Part shown: positions 49,918-59,642 of the stretch, one piece after another
Position numbering within the stretch: position 1 is the stretch's first letter
Layout of the letters: each line of letters opens with the position of its first letter
Source of the DNA: Panacagrimonas sp.
GTDB lineage: Bacteria; Pseudomonadota; Gammaproteobacteria; Nevskiales; Nevskiaceae
Assembly: GCA_052386745.1 (NCBI GenBank)
Contig: JBQTJW010000007.1
Location: forward strand, 117,998 to 181,997
Direction: 5' to 3'
Length of the DNA stretch: 64,000 nucleotides
The notes under the pieces: model-generated
What the model was told of the DNA's origin: nothing
Database searches by the model: none
What the model saw: the letters and a program-made list of their open reading frames with translations, nothing else
Program-made: the position numbers and the translations under genes

Positions 49918-50052
49918 GAAGAACCACACTGCCATATGAAAGCAGGCAGGTGAATGCCGACTACGACTGACTACTGAGACGTCGCGTGATCCGGTTCGCC
50001 GGGCAGTCCGCTAATCTGAGCGCCCCTGTCCCGCTTTTCTCACTGCACCCCG

Positions 50053-51633
50053 ATGTCCGAGAACCCTGCCCATAACCCTGGGCGACCCAAACTCCCGCCA
50101 GCCTTCTTCGAGCGCTTCGGAAGCCGCGTTCTGACTTCGCCCCAACGGCGGCACCCATACGAGAACCCCGAGCGCGGCGCACCGGGGCACTGCATCGGGG
50201 TGCTTCTTCCCGATTCCGAGGCGGAGGTGAACGCGGCGCTGGAGATCGCCAATCGCGAGGGCCTGCATTTCGTGCTCAGCAGCGGGCGCACCGGGCTGGT
50301 GGAAGCGCAGCGCCCGGAGGGCGAATGGGTGCTGAGCCTGGAGCGGCTCAATCGTCCGCTGGAATTCGCGCTGGCTGACGGCCGTGCGTTTCAATTCGAA
50401 GCGGGGCAGACGCTGGACGTGGCGGGCGAACGGCTTTTCGACTGGTGGTCCGGGCTCGGCAGGCCCGATCCGCAGGACGCCACCATCAGCGTGCAGGCCG
50501 GCCTGGCAGTGGACGCGCTCAACCAGCTGCTGGCGCCGCTGGGCCTGATGTTCCCCATGGAGATGGGTTCCACCGCTTCGGCGACGGTCGGCGCCTGCGT
50601 GGCCAACGCCTCGGCCGGCGCCAACGCGGTGTGCTACGGCACGGCGGCGCACATGGCGGTGTCGGCGAGCGGATTCTGGGGCGACGGCAGCGCCGCCGGC
50701 CCCTGCGCCGCGGAGCGCTGGACGCGCCCCGACCCCTCCGCGCTGGCCATCGATTCCACTCGCCTGCCCGATGCCTGGGGGCTGGTCGGGTCGCAGGGTG
50801 TGTTCGGCCTGATCACGCGCCTGGAGCTGCGCACGCAGCGCGTTCCGCTGGCGCGCGAGGCGGTGATGCTGGCGGTGTCCGGCATGCCGGAGGCCATGGC
50901 CATCTTCGGGAAAGCTCGGGCGGAATTCGGGAGCGATGTCGAGGAGTTTGAGTTCCTTTCGCGCAGCGCCGTGGAGCTGGTACTGCGGCGCAAGGGCGGC
51001 GACCTGCGGCTGCCGTTCGAGCAGGTGCCGGATGCGCCTTACCTGGTGCTGTTGCAGGTCAAGAGCAACGACGCCGACGGCGCACTCGCCGAAAAGCTGT
51101 ACGCGTTCTGCTCGGAGCGCGCGGGCGTGCCGGACGCTGCCATCGGCTACGGGCCGCTGCATGCGCTGAAGAAGGTCCGCCACTCGGTCACCGAGGCCAG
51201 CAACCTGGAAATGCGCGCGCTCGGCGGCGGCCGGCTGTCGTTCGACACCGCCACGCCGGTGGCCTGCTTCGGCGATTACCTCGATCGGCTTGCGCGCGAG
51301 CTGCGCGAGCTACGTCCCGCGGTGCAGCTTGTGGATTTCGGCCATGCCGGGGTCGGTGGCGCGCACCTGCACCTCATCGGCAGCGCGCAGAGCCCGGTGG
51401 GACCGGACGCGGCCCTGCTCACGCAGCGGGTATTCGATATCACCGCGGCGTTCGGCGGCACCTACAGCGCGGAACACGGCGTAGGCCCGAAGTGGGCGCA
51501 GGAGTTTATCCAGCGCACGCCGTCGGACCGGTTCGCGGCACTGGTCGAGCGCAAGCGGCGGTTTGATCCCAACCACGTCTTGCAGCCACGCAGCTTCGGG
51601 CTGGGGAAGGGTGCGGTCCAGACCGGGGCGTGA
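50053..51633 (+). CDS. FAD-linked oxidoreductase (D-2-hydroxyacid dehydrogenase-like, VAO/PCMH family)
   Basis: ATVGACVANASAG, VGSQGVFGLIT, FGHAGVGGAHL, TYSAEHGVG. Confidence 0.8.
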   Translation: MSENPAHNPGRPKLPPAFFERFGSRVLTSPQRRHPYENPERGAPGHCIGVLLPDSEAEVNAALEIANREGLHFVLSSGRTGLVEAQRPEGEWVLSLERLNRPLEFALADGRAFQFEAGQTLDVAGERLFDWWSGLGRPDPQDATISVQAGLAVDALNQLLAPLGLMFPMEMGSTASATVGACVANASAGANAVCYGTAAHMAVSASGFWGDGSAAGPCAAERWTRPDPSALAIDSTRLPDAWGLVGSQGVFGLITRLELRTQRVPLAREAVMLAVSGMPEAMAIFGKARAEFGSDVEEFEFLSRSAVELVLRRKGGDLRLPFEQVPDAPYLVLLQVKSNDADGALAEKLYAFCSERAGVPDAAIGYGPLHALKKVRHSVTEASNLEMRALGGGRLSFDTATPVACFGDYLDRLARELRELRPAVQLVDFGHAGVGGAHLHLIGSAQSPVGPDAALLTQRVFDITAAFGGTYSAEHGVGPKWAQEFIQRTPSDRFAALVERKRRFDPNHVLQPRSFGLGKGAVQTGA

Positions 51634-52529
51634 GCGCCTTTTTGCTGCTGGTCGCGTGTCCGGCGCTGGGCTGGGCGTTTGCGCGCGGTCAATGGATGCC
51701 GGCCAATGCGGCGGCCGTCATCAACGCCTGGCTGCTGCGGGTGGCGCTACCGGCACTGGTGCTGGAGCAGGTGCCCCGCCTGCACTGGGAGCCGGCGCTG
51801 CTGTTCGCGGCGCTCACGCCGTGGCTGGTCGTGGCCGGCGCCGCGCTGTTCATTCCCATGGTCGGGCGTCGGCTCGGATGGAGCCGCGGCAGCATCGGGG
51901 CGCTGGTGCTGACCTGTGGCCTGGGGAATACGTCGTTCGTCGGCCTTCCCATGGTGCAGGCGCTGGCAGGCCCGCAGGTGCTGGGTGCGGCGCTGATCGC
52001 CGATCAGCTCGGCAGTTTCCTGGCGTTCTCGTCGGTGGGGATGGTGATTGCGTCCGCCTACGCGGGCGACCGGGTTGAGGTGCTGGACGTGCTGCGGCGC
52101 CTGCTGCGGTTTCCGCCGTTTCTCGCGCTGCCGGTGGCGCTTCTCGTTCGACAGCTGGGTGCCTGGCCCGAGCCGGTGGCCCTGGTGCTGCACCGCCTGG
52201 GCGACACCCTGACGCCGCTCGCACTGTTCTCGGTGGGGCTGGTGTTCCAGTTCAGCGCGCTGCGCGGTCGGTCGAAGTTCCTGTATGTGGGACTGGCCTG
52301 GAAGCTGGTGCTGGCGCCGCTGTGCGCGCTGGTGATCGCGCTGCTGTGCGGCATCGGTGGCACACCCCTACTGGCAGGGGTATTGCAGGCGGCTCAAGGC
52401 CCGATGATCACCGCGGGCATCCTCGCGCAGGAGCGTCGCCTGGACCCGCCGCTGGTCACGCTGGTGGTGGGCAGCGGCATCCTGCTGTCATTCGTGACCG
52501 CTCCGCTCTGGTTCCTGCTGATCCGCTGA
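51630..52529 (+). CDS. AEC-family transporter
   Basis: Multi-TM; GNTSFVGLPM, DTLTPLALFSVG, WKLVLAP; GTGA overlap with the upstream gene. Confidence 0.85.
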   Translation: MSAFLLLVACPALGWAFARGQWMPANAAAVINAWLLRVALPALVLEQVPRLHWEPALLFAALTPWLVVAGAALFIPMVGRRLGWSRGSIGALVLTCGLGNTSFVGLPMVQALAGPQVLGAALIADQLGSFLAFSSVGMVIASAYAGDRVEVLDVLRRLLRFPPFLALPVALLVRQLGAWPEPVALVLHRLGDTLTPLALFSVGLVFQFSALRGRSKFLYVGLAWKLVLAPLCALVIALLCGIGGTPLLAGVLQAAQGPMITAGILAQERRLDPPLVTLVVGSGILLSFVTAPLWFLLIR

Positions 52530-52557
52530 GGCCGCGAGGCGCATGCAAGCTACGAAG

Positions 52558-53013
52558 TCAGCGCGGCTGCCATCCCCCGGCGGCGTTCTGTTCAAAGGTG
52601 TTGATGTCGTAGCCGCGATCCTTGTAGAAGCGGAACCGCTCGCGCGAAGCAGCGCGCAGCGCGACATCTTCCGGCACCACCTCCAGCACGCGCTCGAAGC
52701 TCGAAAACCACGGCGGGACATCTGCGCCCAGGTTGACCAGGATGGCGCGATGCGTCTCCGGTGGATCCGCCAGCCCGATCAGCACCGGGGGCAGCGGCGG
52801 TTCGATGGCCGCTCCGGTGTGGCGCTCGTGGGCCACGAAGCCGCCCTGGCGGAAGCTCCAGAGCGCGCCGTCGACTTCATCAGCAGTTCCCACGTCCGGC
52901 GCCCGAACGAAGATTCGCAGGCCGGCGGCCGCCGCCTTTTCGCACAGGCGGCAGGCCGTCAGCACGGCGTTGCCGCTGCTGGCGGTCAGCAGGTAGAAGT
53001 CGACGCGCGTCAT
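52558..53013 (-). CDS. holC: DNA polymerase III chi subunit
   Basis: MTRVDFYLL, LWSFRQGGFVAH, RERFRFYKDRGY; downstream of pepA. Confidence 0.92.
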   Translation of the reverse strand: MTRVDFYLLTASSGNAVLTACRLCEKAAAAGLRIFVRAPDVGTADEVDGALWSFRQGGFVAHERHTGAAIEPPLPPVLIGLADPPETHRAILVNLGADVPPWFSSFERVLEVVPEDVALRAASRERFRFYKDRGYDINTFEQNAAGGWQPR

Positions 53014-53032
53014 GCCGCAGCCAAGCTGTAGC

Positions 53033-54556
53033 TCACTCCTCGTTTTTCTTGGCGACCACGTTGAGCAGGTACTGCACGATCAGCGGCACCGGCCGGCCCG
53101 TGGATTTCTTGCCGACCCACGCCGTGCCGGCAATATCCAGGTGCGCCCACTTCATCTTCTTGGTGAACCGGTGCAGGAACGTGGCGCCGATGATGGCGCC
53201 GCCCTGGCGTCCGCCTTTGGTCGCGATGTTGGCGATGTCGGCGCATTCGCTCTTGATGTGGTCGTCGTACTCCGGCCACAGCGGCAGTTCCCACACGCGG
53301 TCGCCGATCTGTTCACCGGCCGCGGTGAGCTGGCGCGCCAGGCCCGAATGGTTGGAGAACAGGCCGCTGGGATAGCCGCCCAGCGCCACCACGCAGGCGC
53401 CGGTGAGCGTGGCCATGTCGATGCACACCGCGGGCTCGTAGTTGCGCTCCACGTAGGTGAGCGCGTCGGCCAGGATGAGCCGCCCTTCCGCGTCCGTGTT
53501 GAGCACCTCGATGGTGATGCCGGCCATGCTCGTCACCACGTCGCCGGGCTTCACCGCCAGGCCGTCCGGCAGGTTTTCCGACGCCGCGACCACGCCCACC
53601 AGGTTGATCGGCAGCTTGAGTTCGGACACGGCCTTGAACACGCCCAGCACGGCGGCGCCGCCGCACATGTCGAACTTCATCTCGTCCATGCCTTCGGACG
53701 GCTTGATGCTGATGCCGCCCGCGTCGAAGGTCAGGCCTTTGCCGACCAGGGCCACCGGCTTTTCGCCCTTGGTGCCCTTGAGATATTCCAGCACGATCAG
53801 CTTGGCCGGCTGCCGGCTGCCGGCTGAGACCGACAGCAGCGAGCCCATGCCGAGCTTCTTCATCTCCGCTTCTTCCAGCACGTTCACCTTGACGAGTGAG
53901 CGTTCCCCACCCGCTGCCAGTCCCAGCGCCGCTTCGGCGAGGTAGGCAGGAGTGCAGATGTTGCCCGGCAGGTTTCCAAGATTCTTCGCAAGTGCCTGCC
54001 CGGCACCGATCGCCAGCGCCTCTGCCATGCCCGATTCCCCGGCGGGAAGGTCGGAGCGGCGGGGGACATCAAACGTGAGGCGCTCAAGCTTGTAGACCGG
54101 AAGGTCTTCCTTTGCCTGCTCTCCGCGACATTCGTCAAATCGGTAAAATTCTGACTGCGTCGTCAACACGGCCTGCTGAACGTTCCAGTGAAAATCGCGG
54201 CCCTTGATCTCCTGGTGCGTGAGAAAATTGACTGCGTCAATCGAGCCTGTACCTCGCAGCGCGCGTGCGCTGGACGCAATCACCTTGCGGAAAGCCGCCT
54301 CGTCGAAGCTGCGCTCCCGGCCCAGACCGACGAGCATCACCCGATCCGCAAACGTCCCTGGCAGGTTGTGCAGGATGACGGTCTGCCCCAGCTTTCCGTC
54401 CATGTCGCCGCGGCGCATCACACTGCCGACGGCACCGCCGGAGACCTGATCGATGATCTCAGCTGTATTGGTGAGCGTACGGCGATCGAACACGCCAACG
54501 ATCACACAGGCCACGCGCTGCTTCTCGGGGTTGCCGCTTTTAACGAAGTATTCCAT
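53033..54556 (-). CDS. pepA: leucyl aminopeptidase A
   Basis: VGKGLTFDAGG, MKFDMCG, NTDAEGRL, WAHLDIAG. Confidence 0.96.
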   Translation of the reverse strand: MEYFVKSGNPEKQRVACVIVGVFDRRTLTNTAEIIDQVSGGAVGSVMRRGDMDGKLGQTVILHNLPGTFADRVMLVGLGRERSFDEAAFRKVIASSARALRGTGSIDAVNFLTHQEIKGRDFHWNVQQAVLTTQSEFYRFDECRGEQAKEDLPVYKLERLTFDVPRRSDLPAGESGMAEALAIGAGQALAKNLGNLPGNICTPAYLAEAALGLAAGGERSLVKVNVLEEAEMKKLGMGSLLSVSAGSRQPAKLIVLEYLKGTKGEKPVALVGKGLTFDAGGISIKPSEGMDEMKFDMCGGAAVLGVFKAVSELKLPINLVGVVAASENLPDGLAVKPGDVVTSMAGITIEVLNTDAEGRLILADALTYVERNYEPAVCIDMATLTGACVVALGGYPSGLFSNHSGLARQLTAAGEQIGDRVWELPLWPEYDDHIKSECADIANIATKGGRQGGAIIGATFLHRFTKKMKWAHLDIAGTAWVGKKSTGRPVPLIVQYLLNVVAKKNEE

Positions 54557-54792
54557 AGCTGAATCCTGATTCTAGTTTTTTGACCTAATTTGTCGGTTGT
54601 ACTGCCTGAGGAGCTCTTGACCAGTTCATCGCGACTTTCGTTCCATTTCCGGAGGCGATCATAAATTCCCGGGAACGCGATAAACGACGGAAGACGGATA
54701 TTTTACGCAAATTCTCCAAAGCATCGCGACCTGCGTGACAGGGCCGGGTGGCGCATCTGCATAATGCCCGCTGAATCCAATCCGGAACCGCG

Positions 54793-55893
54793 ATGCTCGG
54801 TCGAACCCTGGACCGCTACCTGCTGCGCGAAACGGCGGTCGCCACCGTCGCCGTCACGCTCATCCTGCTGGCGATCATGCTGTCGGCCCGCTTCGCCAAG
54901 TTCCTCGCCGCGGTGGCGACGGGCGAACTGCCGCGCGACGTGCTGGCCATGGTCGTGGGCCTGTCCAGCGTGCAGTACCTGGTGCTGCTGATCCCCGCGG
55001 CGCTGCTGCTGGCGGTGATGCTCACGCTGGGGCGCCTATACAAGGACAGCGAGGTGGCCGCCATGATGGGCTGCGGCGTCAGTCTGGGCGGGCTGTACCG
55101 ACCGTTTCTTGCCCTGTCAGCGGTGATGGCCATCATCACCGCGTGGTTGGCATTCGATGCCGGGCCCTGGGCGGGGCGGCAGGTGGACTACATTTCCAAG
55201 GACGCGCGCCGGCTCGTCCAGTACACGCCGTTCGAGCCGGGCCGCTTCAAGAGCGTGGCGGGCGGGCGCGCCGTTTTCTACACCGAGCAGATGGAACCCG
55301 GCGGGCAGAAGCTGACGACGGTTTTCGCGCGCATGGACGAGGTCCGCGCCGGCGAGAACGCTGAAAGCGTCGTGATTGCACGGGAGGGCCGCCAGCTTGC
55401 CGATACCGCGAGTGGCGAGCGCAAGCTCACCCTGTACGATGGCTGGCGCTACGCCGGGCAGCCGGGCCGCGCCGATTTCGACGTGATCCGCTTCGACGAA
55501 TTCGAGACGCGCATCACGCCGCCGGAGTTCGTCTACATGGCCGGCAAGCGCAAGCTGGCCCTGACGCGCGACCTGCTGAAGTCGGACGACCCTGACGACA
55601 AGGCCGAGCTCGCCTGGCGCGTCGCGGCGCCGGTGTCGGTGTTCATCCTGGGCCTGCTCGCGGTGCCGCTGGCCTACCTGCGCCCGCGCCAGGGCCGCTA
55701 CGGCAAGCTGGTGATCGGCATCGTGCTTTACCTCGTGTATTCCAATCTCATGGGCCTGGGACAGACCTGGATCGCCAAGGAGAAGGTGCCGGCGGTGATC
55801 GGCCTGTGGTGGGTGCACCTGATCTTCGGCCTGAGCGCGTTGACCATGCTGGCGCGCCAGCAGGGCTGGTGGCCGGGGCGGCGCGCGGCATGA
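54793..55893 (+). CDS. lptF: LPS export permease LptF
   Basis: LDRYLLRET, LGRLYKDSEV, PRQGRYGKL; divergent from pepA. Confidence 0.92.
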   Translation: MLGRTLDRYLLRETAVATVAVTLILLAIMLSARFAKFLAAVATGELPRDVLAMVVGLSSVQYLVLLIPAALLLAVMLTLGRLYKDSEVAAMMGCGVSLGGLYRPFLALSAVMAIITAWLAFDAGPWAGRQVDYISKDARRLVQYTPFEPGRFKSVAGGRAVFYTEQMEPGGQKLTTVFARMDEVRAGENAESVVIAREGRQLADTASGERKLTLYDGWRYAGQPGRADFDVIRFDEFETRITPPEFVYMAGKRKLALTRDLLKSDDPDDKAELAWRVAAPVSVFILGLLAVPLAYLRPRQGRYGKLVIGIVLYLVYSNLMGLGQTWIAKEKVPAVIGLWWVHLIFGLSALTMLARQQGWWPGRRAA

Positions 55894-56969
55894 ACCACAT
55901 CCTCGGGCGGCTCGACCGCTACATCATCACCGCCATTTTCGGGCTCAGCGCCATCGTCGGGCTGGGACTGGTGACGCTGTACAGCTTCATCAGTTTCATT
56001 ACCGAGATCGACTCGGGCGGCGCCAAGGTGCTGACGGTGTCGGACGTGTTTCTCATCACCTTCTTCACCATGCCGGCCGGGCTCTACCTGCTCATGCCGC
56101 TGGTGGCGATGCTGGGCACGCTGCTCGGCATCGGCCAGCTGGCGGCGCAGAGCGAGCTCACTGCCATGCGCGCGGCGGGCTACTCCAACCTGCGCATCGG
56201 CCGCTCTGCGCTGATTGCCGGGCTGCTGCTGGGCCTGCTGTCGGTGCTGCTGGGCGAGAGCCTGGCGCCGGCAGGGCAGCAGGCGGCGGAGCGGCTGAAG
56301 TCGTCCGCGCGATCGGGCGGAGACCAGGCGAGCGTGCGCTCGCGACCCGTCTGGCTGCGCGAGGCCGGCAACGTGTTCCTGATCCGCCGCCTCCAGGCCG
56401 AGGATCGCTTCGCCGACGCCGAGATCTACCGCTTCGACGACAGCCTGCGCCTGGGCTCCATCCTGAGCGTCGGGAACGCCAGTTTCGTGGACGGGACCTG
56501 GAAGCTCAGCGACGTGTCCGAAACCGTGTTCGACGCCAGCGCCGTGCGCGTGGTCAAGCACGCCAGCATGGACCTGGCCAGCGGTCTTCAGCCCGAGGTG
56601 CTCAAGCTCTACGTGCTCGAAGCCGACACCGTGTCGGCGTTCGGGCTGATGCGGCTCATCGCCTACCTGGACGACAACGGCCTGGACGCCACCGAGCAGC
56701 GGCTGGAGCTGTGGCGCAAGTTCATCGCGCCCATCACCGTCATGGCGATGGTGCTGTTCGCGGTCCCGTTCGTGTTCGGCCCCACGCGTGGCGGCGGCGC
56801 CGGGCAGCGCCTGCTGATCGGCGTGCTGGTGGGCATCGGCTTCCACCTGCTCAACGAGATCTCGGCCAATCTCGGTATTTTGTACGGATGGTCGGCGCCG
56901 CTCGCCGCGGGCTTGCCGACGGCCTTGCTGCTGGTGGCAGGAACCGTGCAGCTGTCGCGCGCGCGCTGA
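55890..56969 (+). CDS. lptG: LPS export permease LptG
   Basis: LDRYII, LAAQSELTAMRAAG, LWRKFIAP; ATGA overlap with lptF. Confidence 0.92.
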   Translation: MNHILGRLDRYIITAIFGLSAIVGLGLVTLYSFISFITEIDSGGAKVLTVSDVFLITFFTMPAGLYLLMPLVAMLGTLLGIGQLAAQSELTAMRAAGYSNLRIGRSALIAGLLLGLLSVLLGESLAPAGQQAAERLKSSARSGGDQASVRSRPVWLREAGNVFLIRRLQAEDRFADAEIYRFDDSLRLGSILSVGNASFVDGTWKLSDVSETVFDASAVRVVKHASMDLASGLQPEVLKLYVLEADTVSAFGLMRLIAYLDDNGLDATEQRLELWRKFIAPITVMAMVLFAVPFVFGPTRGGGAGQRLLIGVLVGIGFHLLNEISANLGILYGWSAPLAAGLPTALLLVAGTVQLSRAR

Positions 56970-57020
56970 CCCGCGCGCTGGCCCGGGCGCGGACCGGGAC
57001 GCGGCGGCCCGCGCCTAGGT

Positions 57021-57536
57021 TTAAGCGGGGCGTGGAACCACCACCACCTCGGTTCCCGCCAGCCAGTCGCAGGGCGCGCGCCGACGCGCCTCGGTCAGCA
57101 TCAGGGCCGCGGCCGCCACCGACGCCAGTGCGCACAGTAGCGCCGCCGGCCGCGCCGCGGGCATGGCGGCCACCTTCGGCACCGAGAGCAGGGCCGGCAT
57201 CAGGACCGCGCCCCAGGTCGCCAGCATGGCGCTGAAGCGCACCGCCGCGATCGGCCAGCGCAGCGGCAAGCCGTCGAGCCGGCGCACGCGCAGCTTCCAG
57301 GCGTACATGCCCAGCGTCTGCCCGCCGTGCACCCAGAACCAGCCGAAGAAGGCGAGCCCCACGCCAAAGAAATACAGCTGCATCCAGAATGTCTGCCGGG
57401 CAAGGCCCAGCAACTGCTCGCCGCCGATCACCTCCAGCAGCGACGCGGCCAGCCACAGGCCCAGGAGCAGGAGCCCGTCGTACACCGCGGCAGCAAGGCG
57501 CCGCCACAGCGGGGCGGGCAGAACCAGGGAAGACAT
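57021..57536 (-). CDS. RDD-family membrane protein
   Basis: WRRLAAAVYD, GQTLGMYAWKLRV, DWLAGTEVV. Confidence 0.85.
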   Translation of the reverse strand: MSSLVLPAPLWRRLAAAVYDGLLLLGLWLAASLLEVIGGEQLLGLARQTFWMQLYFFGVGLAFFGWFWVHGGQTLGMYAWKLRVRRLDGLPLRWPIAAVRFSAMLATWGAVLMPALLSVPKVAAMPAARPAALLCALASVAAAALMLTEARRRAPCDWLAGTEVVVVPRPA

Positions 57537-57584
57537 GATCTCGACGAAACCGTGATGGAAGGGCGGAGCCGCGGTCGCGGCGAA

Positions 57585-58352
57585 TCAGCTGCGCGGCGTC
57601 TTCAGCAGTTCCACGGCCACGCCGTCGCGAAGCCCGAGCTGCGCGTGCAGGTAGGCGAATGCTTCGGCCGCCAGCCGCTCGCTGCCGCGAATGCCGAGCT
57701 CGATGTGCCGCGGCCGCGTGGCATCGCCGCGCGAGGGCAGGCTGGACAGCTTGACCGCGGGGAAGCGCGCCAGCACCTGTTCCATCAGTTCCAGCAGGTC
57801 GCTCTCGGCCGACGAGCCGAGCACGCGCAGGGAAAATTCGACCGGCGGCTCGGTGCGGTGCAGCTGCGGATAGCGCTGGTCCAGCACCCATTCCAGCATG
57901 GGCCAGGCCATTTCCGGGAAGCCGGGCACGAAGTAATGGTGCTCGACAAAGAACCCGGAGACGCGATTGACGGGGTTGGGAATCAGGCCGGCGCCGCGGG
58001 CGAAGTCGGCCATCAGCACGCGGTGGGGCAGGGCGCGTTCACCGTACTCGGCAACGATCAGCGCCTCGGCCTCGCGGTGCCGTTCCAGCGGCACGCCGAA
58101 GGCCTGCGCCGCGGCCTGGCGCGTGAGATCGTCGGGCGTGGCGCCGATACCGCCGCAGGACAGCACGAGGTCGCCGCGCGCGCGCGTCTGCGTGATGGCC
58201 TGCGCGATGTCATGGATGTCGTCGCCCAGAAAGCGCGCCCAGTCCAGCGCCATTCCGCGCGCGCCCAGCAGTTCGATGGCCCTGGACAGGTGGCGGTCCT
58301 GGCGCTTGCCCGAGAGGATTTCGTCGCCGATCACGAACAGTCCGACTTTCAC
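57585..58352 (-). CDS. CinA-like molybdopterin-binding-domain protein
   Basis: IGDEILSGKRQD, GGIGATPDDLT, FVPGFP. Confidence 0.85.
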   Translation of the reverse strand: MKVGLFVIGDEILSGKRQDRHLSRAIELLGARGMALDWARFLGDDIHDIAQAITQTRARGDLVLSCGGIGATPDDLTRQAAAQAFGVPLERHREAEALIVAEYGERALPHRVLMADFARGAGLIPNPVNRVSGFFVEHHYFVPGFPEMAWPMLEWVLDQRYPQLHRTEPPVEFSLRVLGSSAESDLLELMEQVLARFPAVKLSSLPSRGDATRPRHIELGIRGSERLAAEAFAYLHAQLGLRDGVAVELLKTPRS

Positions 58353-58504
58353 GCCTGATCTCCAGCCTGAGGGTGTTCCGGGATGACCAGCAGGTGCTGG
58401 GGAATTGCGGCGCGCGGCTGCGGGCGAATTCTATCGCGCGGCCGCGGCGTGCCGGCGATCGCGCTAGCATCGGCCACCCCCCAGGGTCACAGCGAGGAGA
58501 AAGA

Positions 58505-59053
58505 ATGATGAAAGTCCTGGTTCCAGTTGCGCATGGTTCGGAGAGTCTGGAAACCGTTGTCCTGGTCAACCTGCTGCGGCGGGCCGAAATCCCGGTTCGC
58601 ATCGCCAGCATCGAGACGGAGACGGTCATCAACGGCAGCCGCGACATCCGCCTGGTGGCGGACGTGGCGATGTCGGACGTGGCGGGCGAAGACTTCGACG
58701 CCATCATCCTGCCCGGTGGCGAGCGCGGCGCGCAGCGCCTGTCGCAGCATGGCCTGCTGATCGAGAAGCTGGCCTCGCAGCGGCTGGGGCATCGCTGGTA
58801 CGGCGCCATCTGCGCCGCGCCCGCGCTCACGCTGTCACCGCATGGTTTGCTCGATGGCAAGCAGGCCACCTGTCACCCGCATTTCCGCGAGCGGCTGCTG
58901 CATTACGTGGATCGGCCGGTGGTGATCGACGGCCACTGCATCACCAGCCAGGGTCCCGGTACCGCCGTGGAATTCGCCTTGACCTGGATCGAAAAACTGG
59001 TGGGCGCCGAAACGCGCAAGAAGGTGGCTGCGCCGGCACTGTTTGCCGCCTGA
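58505..59053 (+). CDS. DJ-1/PfpI (YajL/ThiJ-like) protein
   Basis: AGGAG RBS; GSESLE, ILPGG, AICAAP nucleophile, TSQGPGT. Confidence 0.9.
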   Translation: MMKVLVPVAHGSESLETVVLVNLLRRAEIPVRIASIETETVINGSRDIRLVADVAMSDVAGEDFDAIILPGGERGAQRLSQHGLLIEKLASQRLGHRWYGAICAAPALTLSPHGLLDGKQATCHPHFRERLLHYVDRPVVIDGHCITSQGPGTAVEFALTWIEKLVGAETRKKVAAPALFAA

Positions 59054-59064
59054 GGCCACAAAGC

Positions 59065-59091
59065 CAGACGCCCGCATCGAGCGGGCGTCTG
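59065..59091. terminator. hairpin between convergent DJ-1 and grxD genes
   Basis: CAGACGCCCGC-ATCGA-GCGGGCGTCTG, 11-bp perfect stem. Confidence 0.7.
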
Positions 59092-59112
59092 GGCTTGCGG
59101 CGGCCGGATGGT

Positions 59113-59442
59113 TCAGGCCGCTTTCTTGGCGGCCACGGCCTCGGTGAGCATCTTCTTGAGTTCGCCGGACTGGAACAGGTCCAGCGTGATGTCGCAGCCA
59201 CCCACCAGCTCGCCCTTGACGTAGAGCTGGGGGAAGGTCGGCCAGTTGGCGAACTTCGGAAGCGTGCGGTAGATGCTCTCGTCCTCGAAGATGTTGACGA
59301 AGGCGTACTCCACTTCACAGGCATTGAGCGCCTTCACGGTGCGTGCCGAAAAGCCGCACTGGGGAAACTCCGGCGTGCCCTTCATGTAGAGGATGATGGG
59401 GTTGTCGGTGACCTGCTTCTTGATGCGTTCGAGAGTATCCAT
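59113..59442 (-). CDS. grxD: monothiol glutaredoxin Grx4
   Basis: PQCGFS, WPTFPQLY, GGCDI. Confidence 0.96.
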   Translation of the reverse strand: MDTLERIKKQVTDNPIILYMKGTPEFPQCGFSARTVKALNACEVEYAFVNIFEDESIYRTLPKFANWPTFPQLYVKGELVGGCDITLDLFQSGELKKMLTEAVAAKKAA

Positions 59443-59474
59443 TTGGCCTCCTCGAAAGAGTGTTCGGGACCGCG

Positions 59475-59480
59475 ATTATA
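59475..59480 (-). promoter_or_regulatory. sigma70 -10 element for grxD
   Basis: Perfect TATAAT on the minus strand upstream of a GAGGAGG RBS; no good -35. Confidence 0.5.
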
Positions 59481-59642
59481 CCTGCGGCATTCGTGCCAGC
59501 GCGCAACGGAGAAGAGTGCGCCGTCCCCGTCACGGTATTGAAACTGCAAGGCACGCGCCGTATCGTTTGCTTTCGTTCACGCTTGCCTCTTGCCACATTC
59601 ACGCCAGTCGGCCTTTGCGCTGACCAGCCAGACGAGGATTCC

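Noticed and set aside
39430-50050. T1SS/RTX block as a mobile genomic island
   Set aside because: It is compositionally somewhat different, but no integrase, transposase, tRNA target or flanking direct repeat was found, so it is not called a mobile element
59500-59640. Fur box upstream of sodB
   Set aside because: No credible match to GATAATGATAATCATTATC was found
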